Shown piece by piece: positions 43,601-52,928 of a DNA stretch of 64,000 nt. The position numbers were made by a program, and so were the translations under genes. Within the stretch, counting starts at the first letter, position 1; each line of letters opens with the position of its first letter. This DNA comes from Obrimoposthia wandeli (lineage: Eukaryota): contig CDROCS010000703.1 in the NCBI GenBank assembly GCA_977020255.1, positions 62,001-126,000 of the forward strand, given 5' to 3'. Below the pieces are notes generated by a model that had not been told where the DNA came from, searched no databases, and worked only from the letters and a program-made list of their open reading frames with translations.

Positions 43601-45283
43601 ATCGGTCTTCCACGGACAATTTCCTAAACGTACTGCTCTGATCGGAGTAATGTTCTCCTGTATAATTTGACATTATTTTTTCCCATCACATGTTTATATG
43701 AACCTTGTTCTTCTGTCCAACCGTCTTACTATTTCATCTGCGCCTCTTAACTCATATGTACTTAGAGGGCCCATTTCTGCAATATTGCATTAGAGTTTCC
43801 CTGTATTTATCCTCGCTACCTCTCTAAAAACTCCAAAATTAATATTCGTGGTAACATTTTCATCAACACCTGATATAAATAGCTGTTTCTAAAATCCCTT
43901 CGTTTCCCAAGTCGATATATTTTTTTTAAATCTTGAGAACTTCCAACTTGAGTATTTGTAGGACTGACCTTCAAATATTGGTAATGTTAACTTTCTTAAT
44001 TAAGTTAAATCAATTTGTAATACCATTCTACTTGAAATCATAGACGCTATCTGACTTATTTCTATTTCTATATGTTTTTCAATTTAGCGACAAATCCCCT
44101 CATCGTTTTTATAATTTTCATCTCAATTTCTTAGTCTCCTCTGTCCTGTATTCTTCCTCCAAATCAATAGCCATTTGCAATAGTCGGTTTAGCTCTTCCT
44201 CTACCTGTGCATAATAGAACTCATAATTCTCTAGCTTTATCTTCACTCCTTTGTTTGTCCCAAAGACTCGCATCACTGAATTACGCCTTATCGAGAGTTT
44301 CGCCTTTAATAACCATTTTCCAATCATTCCTTTACTTAACTTATTCTATTTGTTTTCCCCTTTCAATTGTATTTCTAACTGAACGCTGCTTTCTCTCTTC
44401 CTCTCTTACTGCTTCGTGCTTGACAATGTAATATGGACCGATGAAATATTTAAGGATGTGTGGCAGGTCAGATAAACCTTTAGCAATAAAGGAGAATCTG
44501 TTGTGTATAAAAAGATTTGCTTTGGAGTGGCTTTATCAAAAACCTCAAAATTAAAATTTATTTTATTCAGGGGATCTTGAATTGTTCAAAATAATTGTAA
44601 ATCTTACTAGCCCATGTCTGCGAAGCTAAGAAAGGCAGAAATTAAACTAATTTTACAACAAGGTAGAGCCCTCTTTGCATTGATATTAGAGTGCAAATCT
44701 TTTTAAACGAAAATTCCACGTAAGAACGTTTTATATATGTGAAATTGACTGTGCTTGACTCCTGAAAATATCCTGACCTAGATTTGTTAGACTTTTTAAT
44801 GGAGAATTAAGAAATATAGAGTCTACGAACACAAAACAAACAATCAGTTTAAAAATTCAAATGTTACGTAGATCAAATATAACTTTGAATAGTCATAAAA
44901 GTAAAATAATATAATTAAAATGGGAAATATACTCAAATTAAAAAGTAACCATTTTAAGCATTTAATTGAATTAAATTTTTTTTTATTGAAACATACTGTA
45001 TATAATCCGAGATGCACCCTCACAGGATCGTCATCCGAGTGCGATGGTCATGCAGTCTCCGCCTCAAGGCTTGGAGCAAGCCCCCATGCACCCCTGGCTA
45101 ATGCATGCTCCGCCCGCAACGCCGCAGCGCAGCGCTGATGGCCAGCAGCACATGTCCGCAACTTCTCTCCCAGCATATGTTACGGCCCCACAACCCCCTA
45201 AGGCCGTGTCTTCCACCGGCAGCGCTGACTGCTGCCCTTCTCATTTACCGGCTGCAGCGCGAGCAGCCAGCACCTCAAACTGA
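7577..45283 (+). CDS. 8-exon host gene: type I single-pass membrane protein (~623 aa) with signal peptide, Cys-rich Ig-like domain, Ser/Thr stalk, TM helix and low-complexity cytoplasmic tail
   Basis: Exons 7577-7619, 26030-26274, 27269-27494, 28307-28387, 30285-30398, 40849-41425, 43144-43471 and 45026-45283. All introns are GT..AG with compatible phases (1,0,1,1,1,2,0). The total of 1872 nt is one open frame. Exons are GC-rich against AT-rich introns. Family not recognised. Confidence 0.85.
9100..9760 (-). pseudogene. degenerate mariner transposase fragment
   Basis: Remnants IWLEKFKFDLTNLEY (HTH region) and KWIKYNNRKR...IWWSIADIKNYIILYTGE. Confidence 0.55.
13479..13658. mobile_element. 180-bp miniature element with family-A Maverick TIRs
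   Basis: AGTAGGTGGATGTGTCCAGTCTAATCCAC at the left end and its near-perfect inverse at the right. The right ~100 bp is the reverse complement of 52197-52290. No clean TSD. Confidence 0.8.
14826..15432 (+). repeat. 165-bp tandem repeat, ~3.7 copies, alternating A/B units
   Basis: gcagattgg recurs at 14826, 14991, 15156 and 15321; the unit is 55 codons. Confidence 0.9.
16835..17055 (-). pseudogene. Tc1/mariner transposase C-terminal fragment
   Basis: PPRSS..DFWW.VYLRNTVYK...FYKRCQICLESNGDHIE resembles WPPRSPDL..DF..WG.LK..VY...R...C....G.H.E. Confidence 0.65.
17500..17900 (-). pseudogene. CR1/L2-like LINE RT 3' remnant
   Basis: MLNKAVRIIFKLKK resembles the LQNKAVRII motif; collinear with the 19200-19690 fragment. 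Confidence 0.4.
18063..19076 (+). pseudogene. Tc1-like (DD34E-type) transposase with a 46-nt intron, degenerate
   Basis: Motifs TDEK..GLDGP, GGS.MIW, IFQQDNAPCH, WAPQSPDLNII(K)NVW and GGTTKY. Intron GTAAAG..TTCTAG at 18185-18230; frameshifts and stops. Confidence 0.85.
19200..19690 (-). pseudogene. LINE reverse transcriptase remnant
   Basis: VPQYSILG and FYADDT motifs in shifted frames near 19490-19590. Confidence 0.55.
19697..21390 (-). mobile_element. Tc1/mariner DD37E-type transposon with TIRs and TA TSD; transposase disrupted
   Basis: TIR ACGGGTGTATACTT(G/A)AAATCCGTA at both ends, each flanked by TA. Motifs IMDDESYF, VFVWVAI and FWFDLAS followed by 37 residues, then RPI(*)DFWG with the third catalytic position now TAG. 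Confidence 0.9.
20519..20907 (+). rRNA. 18S rRNA 3'-region fragment (~390 bp, pseudogenic insertion)
   Basis: Universal SSU motifs CATGGCCGTTCT.AGTTGGTGG, GCAATAACAGGTCTGTGATGCCCTTAGATGT and CCCTGCCCTTTGTACACACCG. Flanked by a TACC duplication (20514-20517 / 20908-20911). Confidence 0.95.
22515..22830 (+). pseudogene. Tc1/mariner transposase C-terminal fragment
   Basis: FQQDVASPH and PPRFPDRNPMDLFFYGYQKYKIY. Confidence 0.65.
26030..26274 (+). CDS. host gene exon 2, Cys-rich Ig-like N-half
   Basis: Acceptor ttcttgcag; encodes EAAGNAVVSIEPQYSPGQISVRCSV...CQYAKLSDSK; donor AAG/GTCAGC. Confidence 0.85.
26719..26965 (+). repeat. ~247-bp dispersed repeat, copy 1 (inverse of 32930-33176)
   Basis: Near-identical reverse complement on visual alignment. 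Confidence 0.9.
27269..27494 (+). CDS. host gene exon 3, Ig-like C-half (GQWRC) and Ser/Thr stalk
   Basis: Encodes VVLTYLVDPTRIRRSGQWRCIFKT...; donor GTGAGT at 27495. Confidence 0.85.
28307..28387 (+). CDS. host gene exon 4 (stalk), NAGNAG acceptor
   Basis: 81 nt, phase 1-1; acceptor catacagcag; donor GTGAGT at 28388. Confidence 0.75.
28729..29229. mobile_element. internally deleted Tc1-derived element (MITE-like)
   Basis: Inverted ends GAGTGCACTATTTT(T)AGTA; internal remnant DNSPAY...PSNAPDFSIIENI. Confidence 0.65.
30285..30398 (+). CDS. host gene exon 5, transmembrane helix
   Basis: Encodes EQLTRPELVLVLVITLGCSLLLNLCFLIRCVLLKSVL; donor GTACGT at 30399. Confidence 0.85.
30520..31100 (-). 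pseudogene. Tc1-like transposase fragments
   Basis: RGRQCGGCRIKMW and WPLG.SDVNIIKHVWKIL remnants. Confidence 0.55.
31444..31657. mobile_element. pogo/Tigger-like MITE, copy 1
   Basis: TIR CAGTCAGACCTCTACATAACGAACAC; TA on the left flank. Confidence 0.85.
31828..32135. mobile_element. pogo/Tigger-like MITE, copy 2, inverted relative to copy 1
   Basis: Same TIR, TA on both flanks; the interior is largely the reverse complement of copy 1. Confidence 0.85.
32930..33176 (-). repeat. ~247-bp dispersed repeat, copy 2
   Basis: Reverse complement of 26719-26965. Confidence 0.9.
33600..35615. mobile_element. internally deleted Maverick-like copy
   Basis: 33626-33770 (minus) IESDSSLVLREKLGYLIDTYLDGEIWN is homologous to ORF 52618. 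33915-34210 is homologous to the divergent promoter and ATPase start at 53200-53480. Contains an integrase-type chromodomain; family-A TIR ends at 35615. Confidence 0.75.
34555..34745 (+). pseudogene. Maverick integrase C-terminal chromodomain remnant
   Basis: PIMYSIIDYDKTKFVG...VYIE...GLNKQFYVKWCGYS; VKWxGY is the chromodomain signature. Confidence 0.7.
36160..36444 (+). pseudogene. possible LINE RT remnant
   Basis: VLYADNS resembles LYADD; no other support. Confidence 0.25.
37170..38062 (+). pseudogene. mariner (DD34D) transposase, degenerate, with right TIR-like end
   Basis: IITSDEK, LICVW, HDNAR and YSPDLAPSDYHRFRSM; terminal AAATACTTACGAGACACCTTAATA. Confidence 0.85.
38768..38870 (+). 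pseudogene. isolated fragment of the Maverick disordered-protein gene
   Basis: KLDEDEWWLFTD / GGGACGGTCTCAC matches ELDEDEWRLFTD / GGGATGGTCTCAC at 4050-4110 (minus). Confidence 0.65.
40849..41425 (+). CDS. host gene exon 6, juxtamembrane Cys cluster and His/Gly/Ser-rich tail
   Basis: Acceptor ttttctcgcag; overlaps ORF 40884-41429; donor CAG/GTAGG. Confidence 0.85.
41455..43105. repeat. 16-bp satellite (TGTGCATGATCGAGGT)n, ~103 copies, fills host intron 6
   Basis: Direct inspection; the 16-aa periodicity of the artefactual ORFs agrees. Confidence 0.97.
43144..43471 (+). CDS. host gene exon 7, Gly/Pro/Tyr-rich tail
   Basis: Acceptor tactttgcag; in frame with ORF 43181; donor CAG/GTGCAT. Confidence 0.85.
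43590..44450 (-). pseudogene. degenerate non-LTR (RTE-like) retrotransposon fragment
   Basis: Weak remnants (SYKYS; C-terminal RLG.CPW); coding-like composition inside intron 7. Confidence 0.35.
45026..45283 (+). CDS. host gene terminal exon 8
   Basis: Acceptor ccctcacag; in frame with ORF 45044-45283; ends in TGA. Confidence 0.8.
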   Translation, partial: DRHPSAMVMQSPPQGLEQAPMHPWLMHAPPATPQRSADGQQHMSATSLPAYVTAPQPPKAVSSTGSADCCPSHLPAAARAASTSN

Positions 45284-47270
45284 AACCCACAAACCGTTCA
45301 GAAACAATCCAAAATCCACACAAACTGACCGCTACAGTCGATACACAGTTGTTATCTTTGCAAACTCTGAAATAGTCGACAATCTCCGATTACAAATTGA
45401 CAAAATACACAATCAGATAACATAATCACACATAAATTAACATTCATCACAAGTGAGATATTTGATTAGCTTAGAAACAGTTTAAAATCAAAATTAAGTT
45501 ATCAAAGCCACAATAAATTTCCACTTCCGTAAAATCTTTTATTTTTGACACATGAGTCTTTTGTTTGTATCAGACATGTTTTCTACATTTTCTCTTTTCA
45601 AAAATACATATGGAAATTAAAAAAAAAATCATATACATACGGAAAAGTGAAATTTCAGTTAAATACATCAAATGTTGACTTTGAGAATAAAACAGAAAAT
45701 AATTTATATAAAATCTTTTTCATAAATTTGTAATAAGTAATAAAAAGCAATCGAATGTTTGGAAAAGTAACATCACCAATTTCTAGAACATATCAATTTT
45801 TAAAAATGAGTATATTTATTGACATTTGTTTTAAATGTTAAGTTTGTAAAGTAATATTTTTAAATATTTGAAGTATTTTTATTTTCCTTGAAGGCATTAA
45901 GTCAAATTAATGTAAAAAGAAGATTTTTTGTGAATAAAATAGAAATAAATATCAGAATTCCTACATAATTTGCACTAATTTAAGGAAATGAAATCAATTA
46001 GAAATCATGAAACTCATTGAAAATTGATCATCTATATTCAACTGATATAGTTTGGGTGCAAATTTTGTCACAGAATAATATGTACAAATTGTTTCATCTA
46101 TAATTATTCATAAAATATCATAGAAATATGTCAGAAGCAAGTTGAGATTACTTTTTGGATAGTTTCTTTCAATACAATGTGTATCGGCTTTAGCAACAAA
46201 TTTCTTCGATAATTTATGGCCACATCCTGGCGTTAATCCTCGAAACGCCGGGATATTATACCTCATTGTATTAGTGTGTGTAGTACGATTGAGGTTCTAA
46301 CCGGAATTCCTCCAAAGACTAATTGACCAAACTGAAATGACAACCTCGACAAATGCTGAGATAAATTTGTACAATACAAATTGAAGCGGGAATGTGACAA
46401 ATGCTGAGATCTGAACGAGATGAACTTTCTTGCTGTATATCCTTGTATTTTTGTAATTCTTTGACTAATTATTCACTATTGACATTGCTGATAGTATTTT
46501 TAGATTTATACTTCATTCTGATTTTCTGTATGACTATTCTGCTCATTTGCATGTGGGCATTTTGTGGCGGTTTACATCTTCCATACCATTGTCTCAATAA
46601 AGCCAGACTTATCGTTTCTTTCATTGTATGCTTACTACAATCGATCGAGTGACTTCCGTGTTAAAAAGTGACACCGATTATATAAATCCCCTATAAGCAT
46701 TTCCGAAAATGGCTCGCGAGGGAAAAGGTCACACGTTGTACCAATTGGATAATAATAATCTGAATAAAAATAACAAAATCTGAAATAGGTAAATGCAGAT
46801 AAATAAATATTTAAATGAAAAATGAAAAGATCGAGAAAGGCTAAATGAAGTGCGTATTGTACAGTCAAGTTGGTGAGAAATGCAACAACAATTACAAAAT
46901 ATATTTAGGCCTTTGTGGAGAAAATGAATCAAAACGTATAGTGATAAACCGAAAGCAATTAGACGGCATTCAAGCGATATTAAAAAATTAGCCAGAAAAC
47001 CTAAAATGTCTTCCTAATAATTATCAAATGAAATAAAATATTGTTCATCGAAACCAAAGTTTTTAAAGTTTAGAACCATCTGGTAAAAAAACGTAGAAAG
47101 ATGAAAATAACTCCTAAACTAACTGAAGATTATATGATGAAAATAACAAAATTTATTTTGACAGACATCCGATTTCCCCGATTCAAATCTGATGTAGGAT
47201 GAGAAGAGATTTAAATTGGTCGCACGGTATGAGTAGGTAAAAGGATGGAGTCTAAGCCACTTGACCCCCC

Positions 47271-47625
47271 TGTGTTAAAGATATTTTGAATATTTATAGT
47301 GTAAATCGAATAATGTTAATACTCAAATTATATAAATAAACATTTCTTTAACTAGTAAACTTTGAATAACATGAAGTTATGATTATTTTTAATGTGTTAA
47401 AGATATTTTCGAATATTTATAGTGTAAATCGAATAAAGTTAATACTCAAATTATATAAATAAACATTTCTTTAACTAGTAAACTTTGAATAACATGAAGT
47501 TATGATTATTTTTAATGTGTTAAAGATATTTTCGAATATTTATAGTGTAAATCGAATAAAGTTAATACTCAAATTATATAAATAAACATTTCTTTTATTA
47601 GTAAGCTTTGAATAACATGAAGTTA
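47271..47625. repeat. ~123-bp tandem repeat x3, directly inside the left TIR
   Basis: tgtgttaaagatatttt at 47271, 47393 and 47516. Confidence 0.9.
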
Positions 47626-48846
47626 ATTTTATCAGTTTAAATAAAAATCAATTAAGGAATGTTATAAGGATGTTTTAATTATTTATGTGAGTGTTAATTG
47701 ATCATTATAACATGTGAAAGTTATGTGAGAGAAAACACATACATGAAAATTTACATATTAATTAATATAATGTAAACATATTATTAATGTTATTCATTGG
47801 TTGCTAGTATTAATTTGAAAATTACAAATTATTTTAGGCATAAAATAATGCAATTTTAAAATTAATAAATATTTAAGATATTTAACTTATAGTTATAATA
47901 ATTAGGTTTGTATATACATTTGTTTAAATACATCAAAAGGGATAATATAAAAATAGCGGTAATTTAAAAAATATGTTAGAATTTATCATTTTACAGACTT
48001 TTATCAAAATTTAACTTGAACTTGAAGTATTCTTTTTTTTTTTAAATAAATTCTTTATATTTTAAAAATATCAAATAGTACTTGTAAATTTGTTTATTTT
48101 AATAAATTAGTTATAATTAATATGAATTGTTTTGCGTTTGAAACTATTTTCGTCATTGTTTAAATACATTAATTGTAAACAATAAAAAACCGCGCAATTT
48201 TTAAATTTTAATGTAATAAATTTGTTATTTTTTCTAAAGTTACAGTTAGATTATATAATAATGCTATTAGGCTGACGGACATACATCAATGGATTCGATG
48301 AATAACTTGTGGTAAGATGAATTTTTATCAAATTATTAATTATTTTATAATTAACATTATGTTTAAAATCAAATTTGTTTAATTAAATCAAAGAAACGAT
48401 AAAAAATTTGGCACAAATTTAAATTTTAAAAATATTTTTATTTTAGAAAATTACAAGTATTTTTCTCCAAGACCCTTATGACATGAAATTTAAGTTATTT
48501 AAAGAAATTTTACCATAATTCTTTAGATGCCTAAGCCTGGGAAAAACTTTGTACTAAATTTTCACATAGAATAGTGTGTGTGTGTGATTAGGTAAAACAT
48601 TGAGTGAGTGAACTTTCACATAGAATAATTGATTGATAGATGTGTTGGTACTTTAATATTTAAAAACTTGTTAAATTAAAATTTGTTTAACTTTAATAAT
48701 ATCTAATAAATTAAATTGGCACAAATTTAAATTTAAATTATTATTATTTTGAAGAAAAACAAAATTACAAGTAATTTTTCCGCAAAGAATTGTTTAATTA
48801 CATTAATAAAATGGATAAAAATTTGCGTAAATTTAAATATTTATCA

Positions 48847-48880
<34 letters not shown>
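48847..48880. repeat. (AAT)n microsatellite
   Basis: About 11 perfect units. Confidence 0.9.
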
Positions 48881-48882
<2 letters not shown>

Positions 48883-49761
48883 GTTAGTAAAGTAATTTGA
48901 GTTTATTAACTTTTTCCTTAATATTTATTTTAATTAATGTTACTTTAATATCTTAAAAACTTGTTAAATTAAAATTTGTTTAACTTTACCAAAATCTAAC
49001 AAAATAATTTGGCACAAATTTAAATTTAAAAATATTTTATTTTAGAAATATACAAGTTTTTTTTTTTATTTTTCACCAGAATCTCTTAAAGTATGAATAA
49101 CCTTAAGGTTATATGTGATCTAAATTTTCACATAGAATAGTATGTGTGTTAAAAACCACATTCCTTAACTGATAAAAGTGACCTTTAGCCTTGATTTTCA
49201 CATAGAATAATTGATTGAATACTATATAATTTCTTAATTTATGCCAAATCTGACCTTTAACTTGTGGACGACCTTAAATTTTTTACATGAATAAACTCGT
49301 AATATGTTGACGAATACAACTGTTAAGGTTGAGAATGAAAATTAAATATTTTAGTTGATTAAATACTAAAATAAAAATCCTTGAAAGCAAGGTCGAAAAT
49401 TAAATTAAAATATTAATTTAAGTTTTAGAAGTAAAATTAGTGAAATTTAGGGTAAAATTAGGAGGACCACGAAGGTCGTGTATTATGCGAAAATATATAA
49501 AAGTTTAAAGTTAATTAACAAAAACGACAAAAAATAAGAATAATTAAAAAGAAAAACGGTTAATTAAAACCGTCAATCAAGAAGAAAAAAGGTAAGCACA
49601 TTTCGTGCAGTAAAATCAATTTTAGTTTTTCAGCTGCCGTTGACTGACAGGAAGAATAGTCTCCAGCAATCAACCGTCAATCAAGGAAAAAGTAAGCATA
49701 TTTTGTGCAGTCGAATAATTTTTAATTTCATTTCAGCTGTCGTTGACTGACAGGAATAGAA

Positions 49762-49772
49762 GCTATAAAAGG
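49762..49772 (+). promoter_or_regulatory. candidate TATA box (CTATAAAAGGC)
   Basis: Consensus TATAAAAG upstream of the 34-bp and hairpin arrays; AATAAA at ~51058. Confidence 0.4.
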
Positions 49773-49834
49773 CAGAGGATTTGAACACCAATTCACACAA
49801 ATTCAGAATCAACTCCCTGACTACAGGTTGAGCG

Positions 49835-50225
49835 GAATAGACTCGATCCGAAAGTAACAAGTATATCTGAATAGACTCGATCCGAAAGTAACAAGTATAT
49901 CTGAATAGACTCGATCCGAAAGTAACAAGTATATCTGAATAGACTCGATCCGAAAGTAACAAGTATATCTGAATAGACTCGATCCGAAAGTAACAAGTAT
50001 ATCTGAATAGACTCGATCCGAAAGTAACAAGTATATCTGAATAGACTCGATCCGAAAGTAACAAGTATATCTGAATAGACTCGATCCGAAAGTAACAAGT
50101 ATATCTGAATAGACTCGATCCGAAAGTAACAAGTATATCTGAATAGACTCGATCCGAAAGTAACAAGTATATCTGAATAGACTCGATCCGAAAGTAACCA
50201 AGTATATCTGAAAAGACTCAATCCG
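49835..50225. repeat. 34-bp tandem repeat, ~11.5 copies
   Basis: Unit GAATAGACTCGATCCGAAAGTAACAAGTATATCT, nearly invariant. Confidence 0.95.
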
Positions 50226-50353
50226 ATTAAGAGAAGACGATATCCGAAACCGAAAAGAAGACGATCTCACGAGCGCTCCATACGGAAACTGCGTCGGACA
50301 GCTCACCCGTACCGGAATCAGCGAGTCACTGGTAAGACCACCGACTAGGTTCA

Positions 50354-50790
50354 TTCATTGCCCCTAGTAGGCAATTAGGATATATTCATTACCCCTAGTT
50401 GGTAATTCTACATTTTCTTAATAATACACAAATTCATTGCCCCTAGCTGGTAATTAGGATCACTGTCTCTTTACCACAATCATTGCCCCTAGTTGGTAAT
50501 TAGGATCGGACATTTATTCATTGTCCCCAGCGACAATTAGGAAACCTACCAGACGTTTTTTCCCGTAAGATTCATTGTCCCTAGCTGACAATTAGGTTCC
50601 TTCATTGCCCCTAGTTGGTAATTCGGATAAATATTCATTGTCCCTAGTAGACAATTCGGTAAGACTCATTGTCCACTAGCTGACAATTAGGTTCGTTCAT
50701 TGTCTGTAGTTGACAATTAGGAGTAAGGTTTCATTGTCATCTTGACAATTAGGTTTTTAGGAGATCCATTGTTTACAGTAGACAATTCGG
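50354..50790 (+). repeat. array of 12 short hairpin-forming repeats with variable spacers
   Basis: Consensus TC-ATTRYC-(5-8 nt, mostly CCTAGYW)-GRYAAT-T(A/C)GG; every stem pairs by WC or G.U on the + strand. Confidence 0.85.
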
Positions 50791-51299
50791 GTCAAACACA
50801 CACAGAGAGAGTAAGGAACAAAGAAACATTTAGCTAGAGATAAGAAGTAGGAGCGAAGAAATTTAAGAGAGTTGCGTTATATATTAACCAACCTGAGTAA
50901 GAAGACTAAACTTAAGAAACTTAATCACCTGAACGTAAAATCGATACGTGGTTCATCCCCACTTCTTGTAGAGACTCACAGAAGTCCTTTAGGAATTTTA
51001 TCATACTTTTTAGAAATACGTACATAAACGTATTGTGGTGTTAGTTACGTGAATTTTGAATAAACAATTTCCTACATTAGAACAAGTTGTTTTTACACCC
51101 TTCAGACTAAGAGACATCAAATCAAATACCTTCAGATAGTACAAGAGACTAGGCAACCATAACACTAAGTAGGCCACGACCAACTTTAAGACCTGCTTCT
51201 AATCGAACTCACGTTGGGGTCCTCCGCACATAAGAGGCTCTATACCAAGTTTCGTATAGAAACCCCAACACAACCATGTACTTGAAACTATGAAATTCC

Positions 51300-51850
51300 A
51301 ACTTTTTTAACCCTTCATCTATGGACGACCATACCTATATGGATGAATTCGTCTTCTAAAGATGATTACAACCATGTATTCAAACTTTGACATTTAAAAC
51401 TTGATTTGGTCTATATCCCGACCCTTTGATTTATGGACAGTCATACTTTATGGGTGACTTCGTCTTCTAAAGATGATTACAACCATGTACTAAAACCTTG
51501 ATATTTTAATTTTTTTTTTTTAGTCCGACCCTTTGACCTATGGACGACCACAACCCTTTAGATGTGATGACCAACCATAGTTGACCTTAATTATACCTTC
51601 AAAGTTTCAAGTCAAAACTGACCTTGACCCTTTGATTTATGGACGACCACAACCCTTTAGATGTGATGGCCAATCATAGACGGTCATGACCATACCTTAA
51701 AACCTTCAAGTCAAAACTGACCTTGACCCTTTGACCTATGGACGACCACAACCCCTTGGGTATGTTGGCCGACCATAGGCGGTCATGACCATACCTTCAA
51801 ACCTTCAAGTCAAAACTGACCTTGACCCTTTGAATTATGGACGACCATAG
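51300..51850. repeat. subterminal ~99-bp repeats rich in TGACC motifs
   Basis: tcaagtcaaaactgaccttgaccctttga at ~51607, 51706 and 51805. Confidence 0.8.
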
Positions 51851-51925
51851 TGGTATACCAAAGAAGGTTGGAGACTAAGCCACTTGACCCTTCCCCCCTC
51901 CCCCCTATCTTAACCTTTCTGAGCC

Positions 51926-52064
51926 AGACCCTTATGGTGTGGCAAGACACCCTTATGGTGAGTCAACATATACCTTCATGGTGTGACACCCCTATGGTGA
52001 GGCAACATATACCCTTATGGTATGGCAAGACACCCTTATGGTGTGACACCCTTTAACTTGGTGT
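51926..52064. repeat. seven ACC-N5-GGT palindromic units next to the right TIR
   Basis: (A)CACC/TACC-CTTAT-GGTG/GGTA repeated; the last unit has a longer loop. Confidence 0.75.
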
Positions 52065-52617
52065 GCGCACACGGGGGGGTCAAGTGGCTTAGACTCCATC
52101 CTTCTACCTACTAGTATGGGTATTCATTTTGTTGGCACAATTTGAGGCACGAAATTTAAATATTTAGAAAGTTTTATTGTAATTCAAATTGTTATGAGTA
52201 GGTGGATGTGTCCGGTCTAATCCACCCCCTCACCGGGGGACACTTTAAAACCGTGCATGTGTATGGAGTGAAATTTCGTGCATGTGTCCATCCCACCCGA
52301 AGGGGGTACCCCTACATTTTTACAAAAATTACTTTTAAATTGACCGCTAATCTCAAAGGTGATTAGAGAAGACCACGGGAATCCATATTGACCCCGGTGG
52401 CTTATCGCAGACGAGATTTCAAATAATATGTTTATGTGAATATATTACTACTATTTGTAAGAATATAAATTACTACATGTTTGTAAAATATCTAGGTCAG
52501 TTTATAGGAGAAAAATAGGAAAGATTTATATAATTTAGAGGAGATAAACCAAATACCAGTCAAAATTCTTTTCAAAACATTAATTAAATCAAACATAAAA
52601 CAACATATTGGCTTTAC

Positions 52618-52809
52618 TCAAAGTCCAAAGAGGCTGCATTTTCCCGTCATCGGCAAAATATTCATTAGACGTATGGAGATATTCCATAGTTCTTCATCTA
52701 GAATTGGTGCAATCAAATATCCTAGATCATCTTTAAAAGTCAGACTGGGATCAGTTTCAAGCTGGAAATAATTTCTTTCATATACATAATCAAGAATGTA
52801 AAATCCCAA
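52618..52809 (-). CDS. orphan Maverick-associated ORF (fragment)
   Basis: Homologous, diverged copy at 33626-33770 indicates a real coding sequence. Confidence 0.55.
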   Translation of the reverse strand: MGFYILDYVYERNYFQLETDPSLTFKDDLGYLIAPILDEELWNISIRLMNILPMTGKCSLFGL

Positions 52810-52928
52810 AATATTTTTTCAATTGATCAATATCAGATGTTGTTAAAACTTCGATGAAATATTTATTCTCCACTTTTGATATTTTCACAGGATTCAAAAC
52901 TCCTATAATTTGATGCTTCTTTAATATA

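Larger units (their letters stand above)
47232..52112. mobile_element. 4.9-kb non-autonomous Maverick-type element, TIR family B, no coding capacity seen
   Basis: 39-bp TIR AGTAGGTA(A/G)AAGGATGGAGTCTAAGCCACTTGACCCCCC with 1 mismatch. Flanks GGTATG (47226-47231) and AGTATG (52113-52118) form a 6-bp TSD with 1 mismatch. Confidence 0.85.

Noticed and set aside
49681-50354. Three overlapping minus-strand ORFs
   Set aside because: Translation of the 34-bp tandem repeat.
50354-50790. CRISPR array call for the hairpin repeats
   Set aside because: Eukaryotic context, no cas genes, degenerate repeats and spacers of very unequal length (a few to ~35 nt). Reported instead as a hairpin array.
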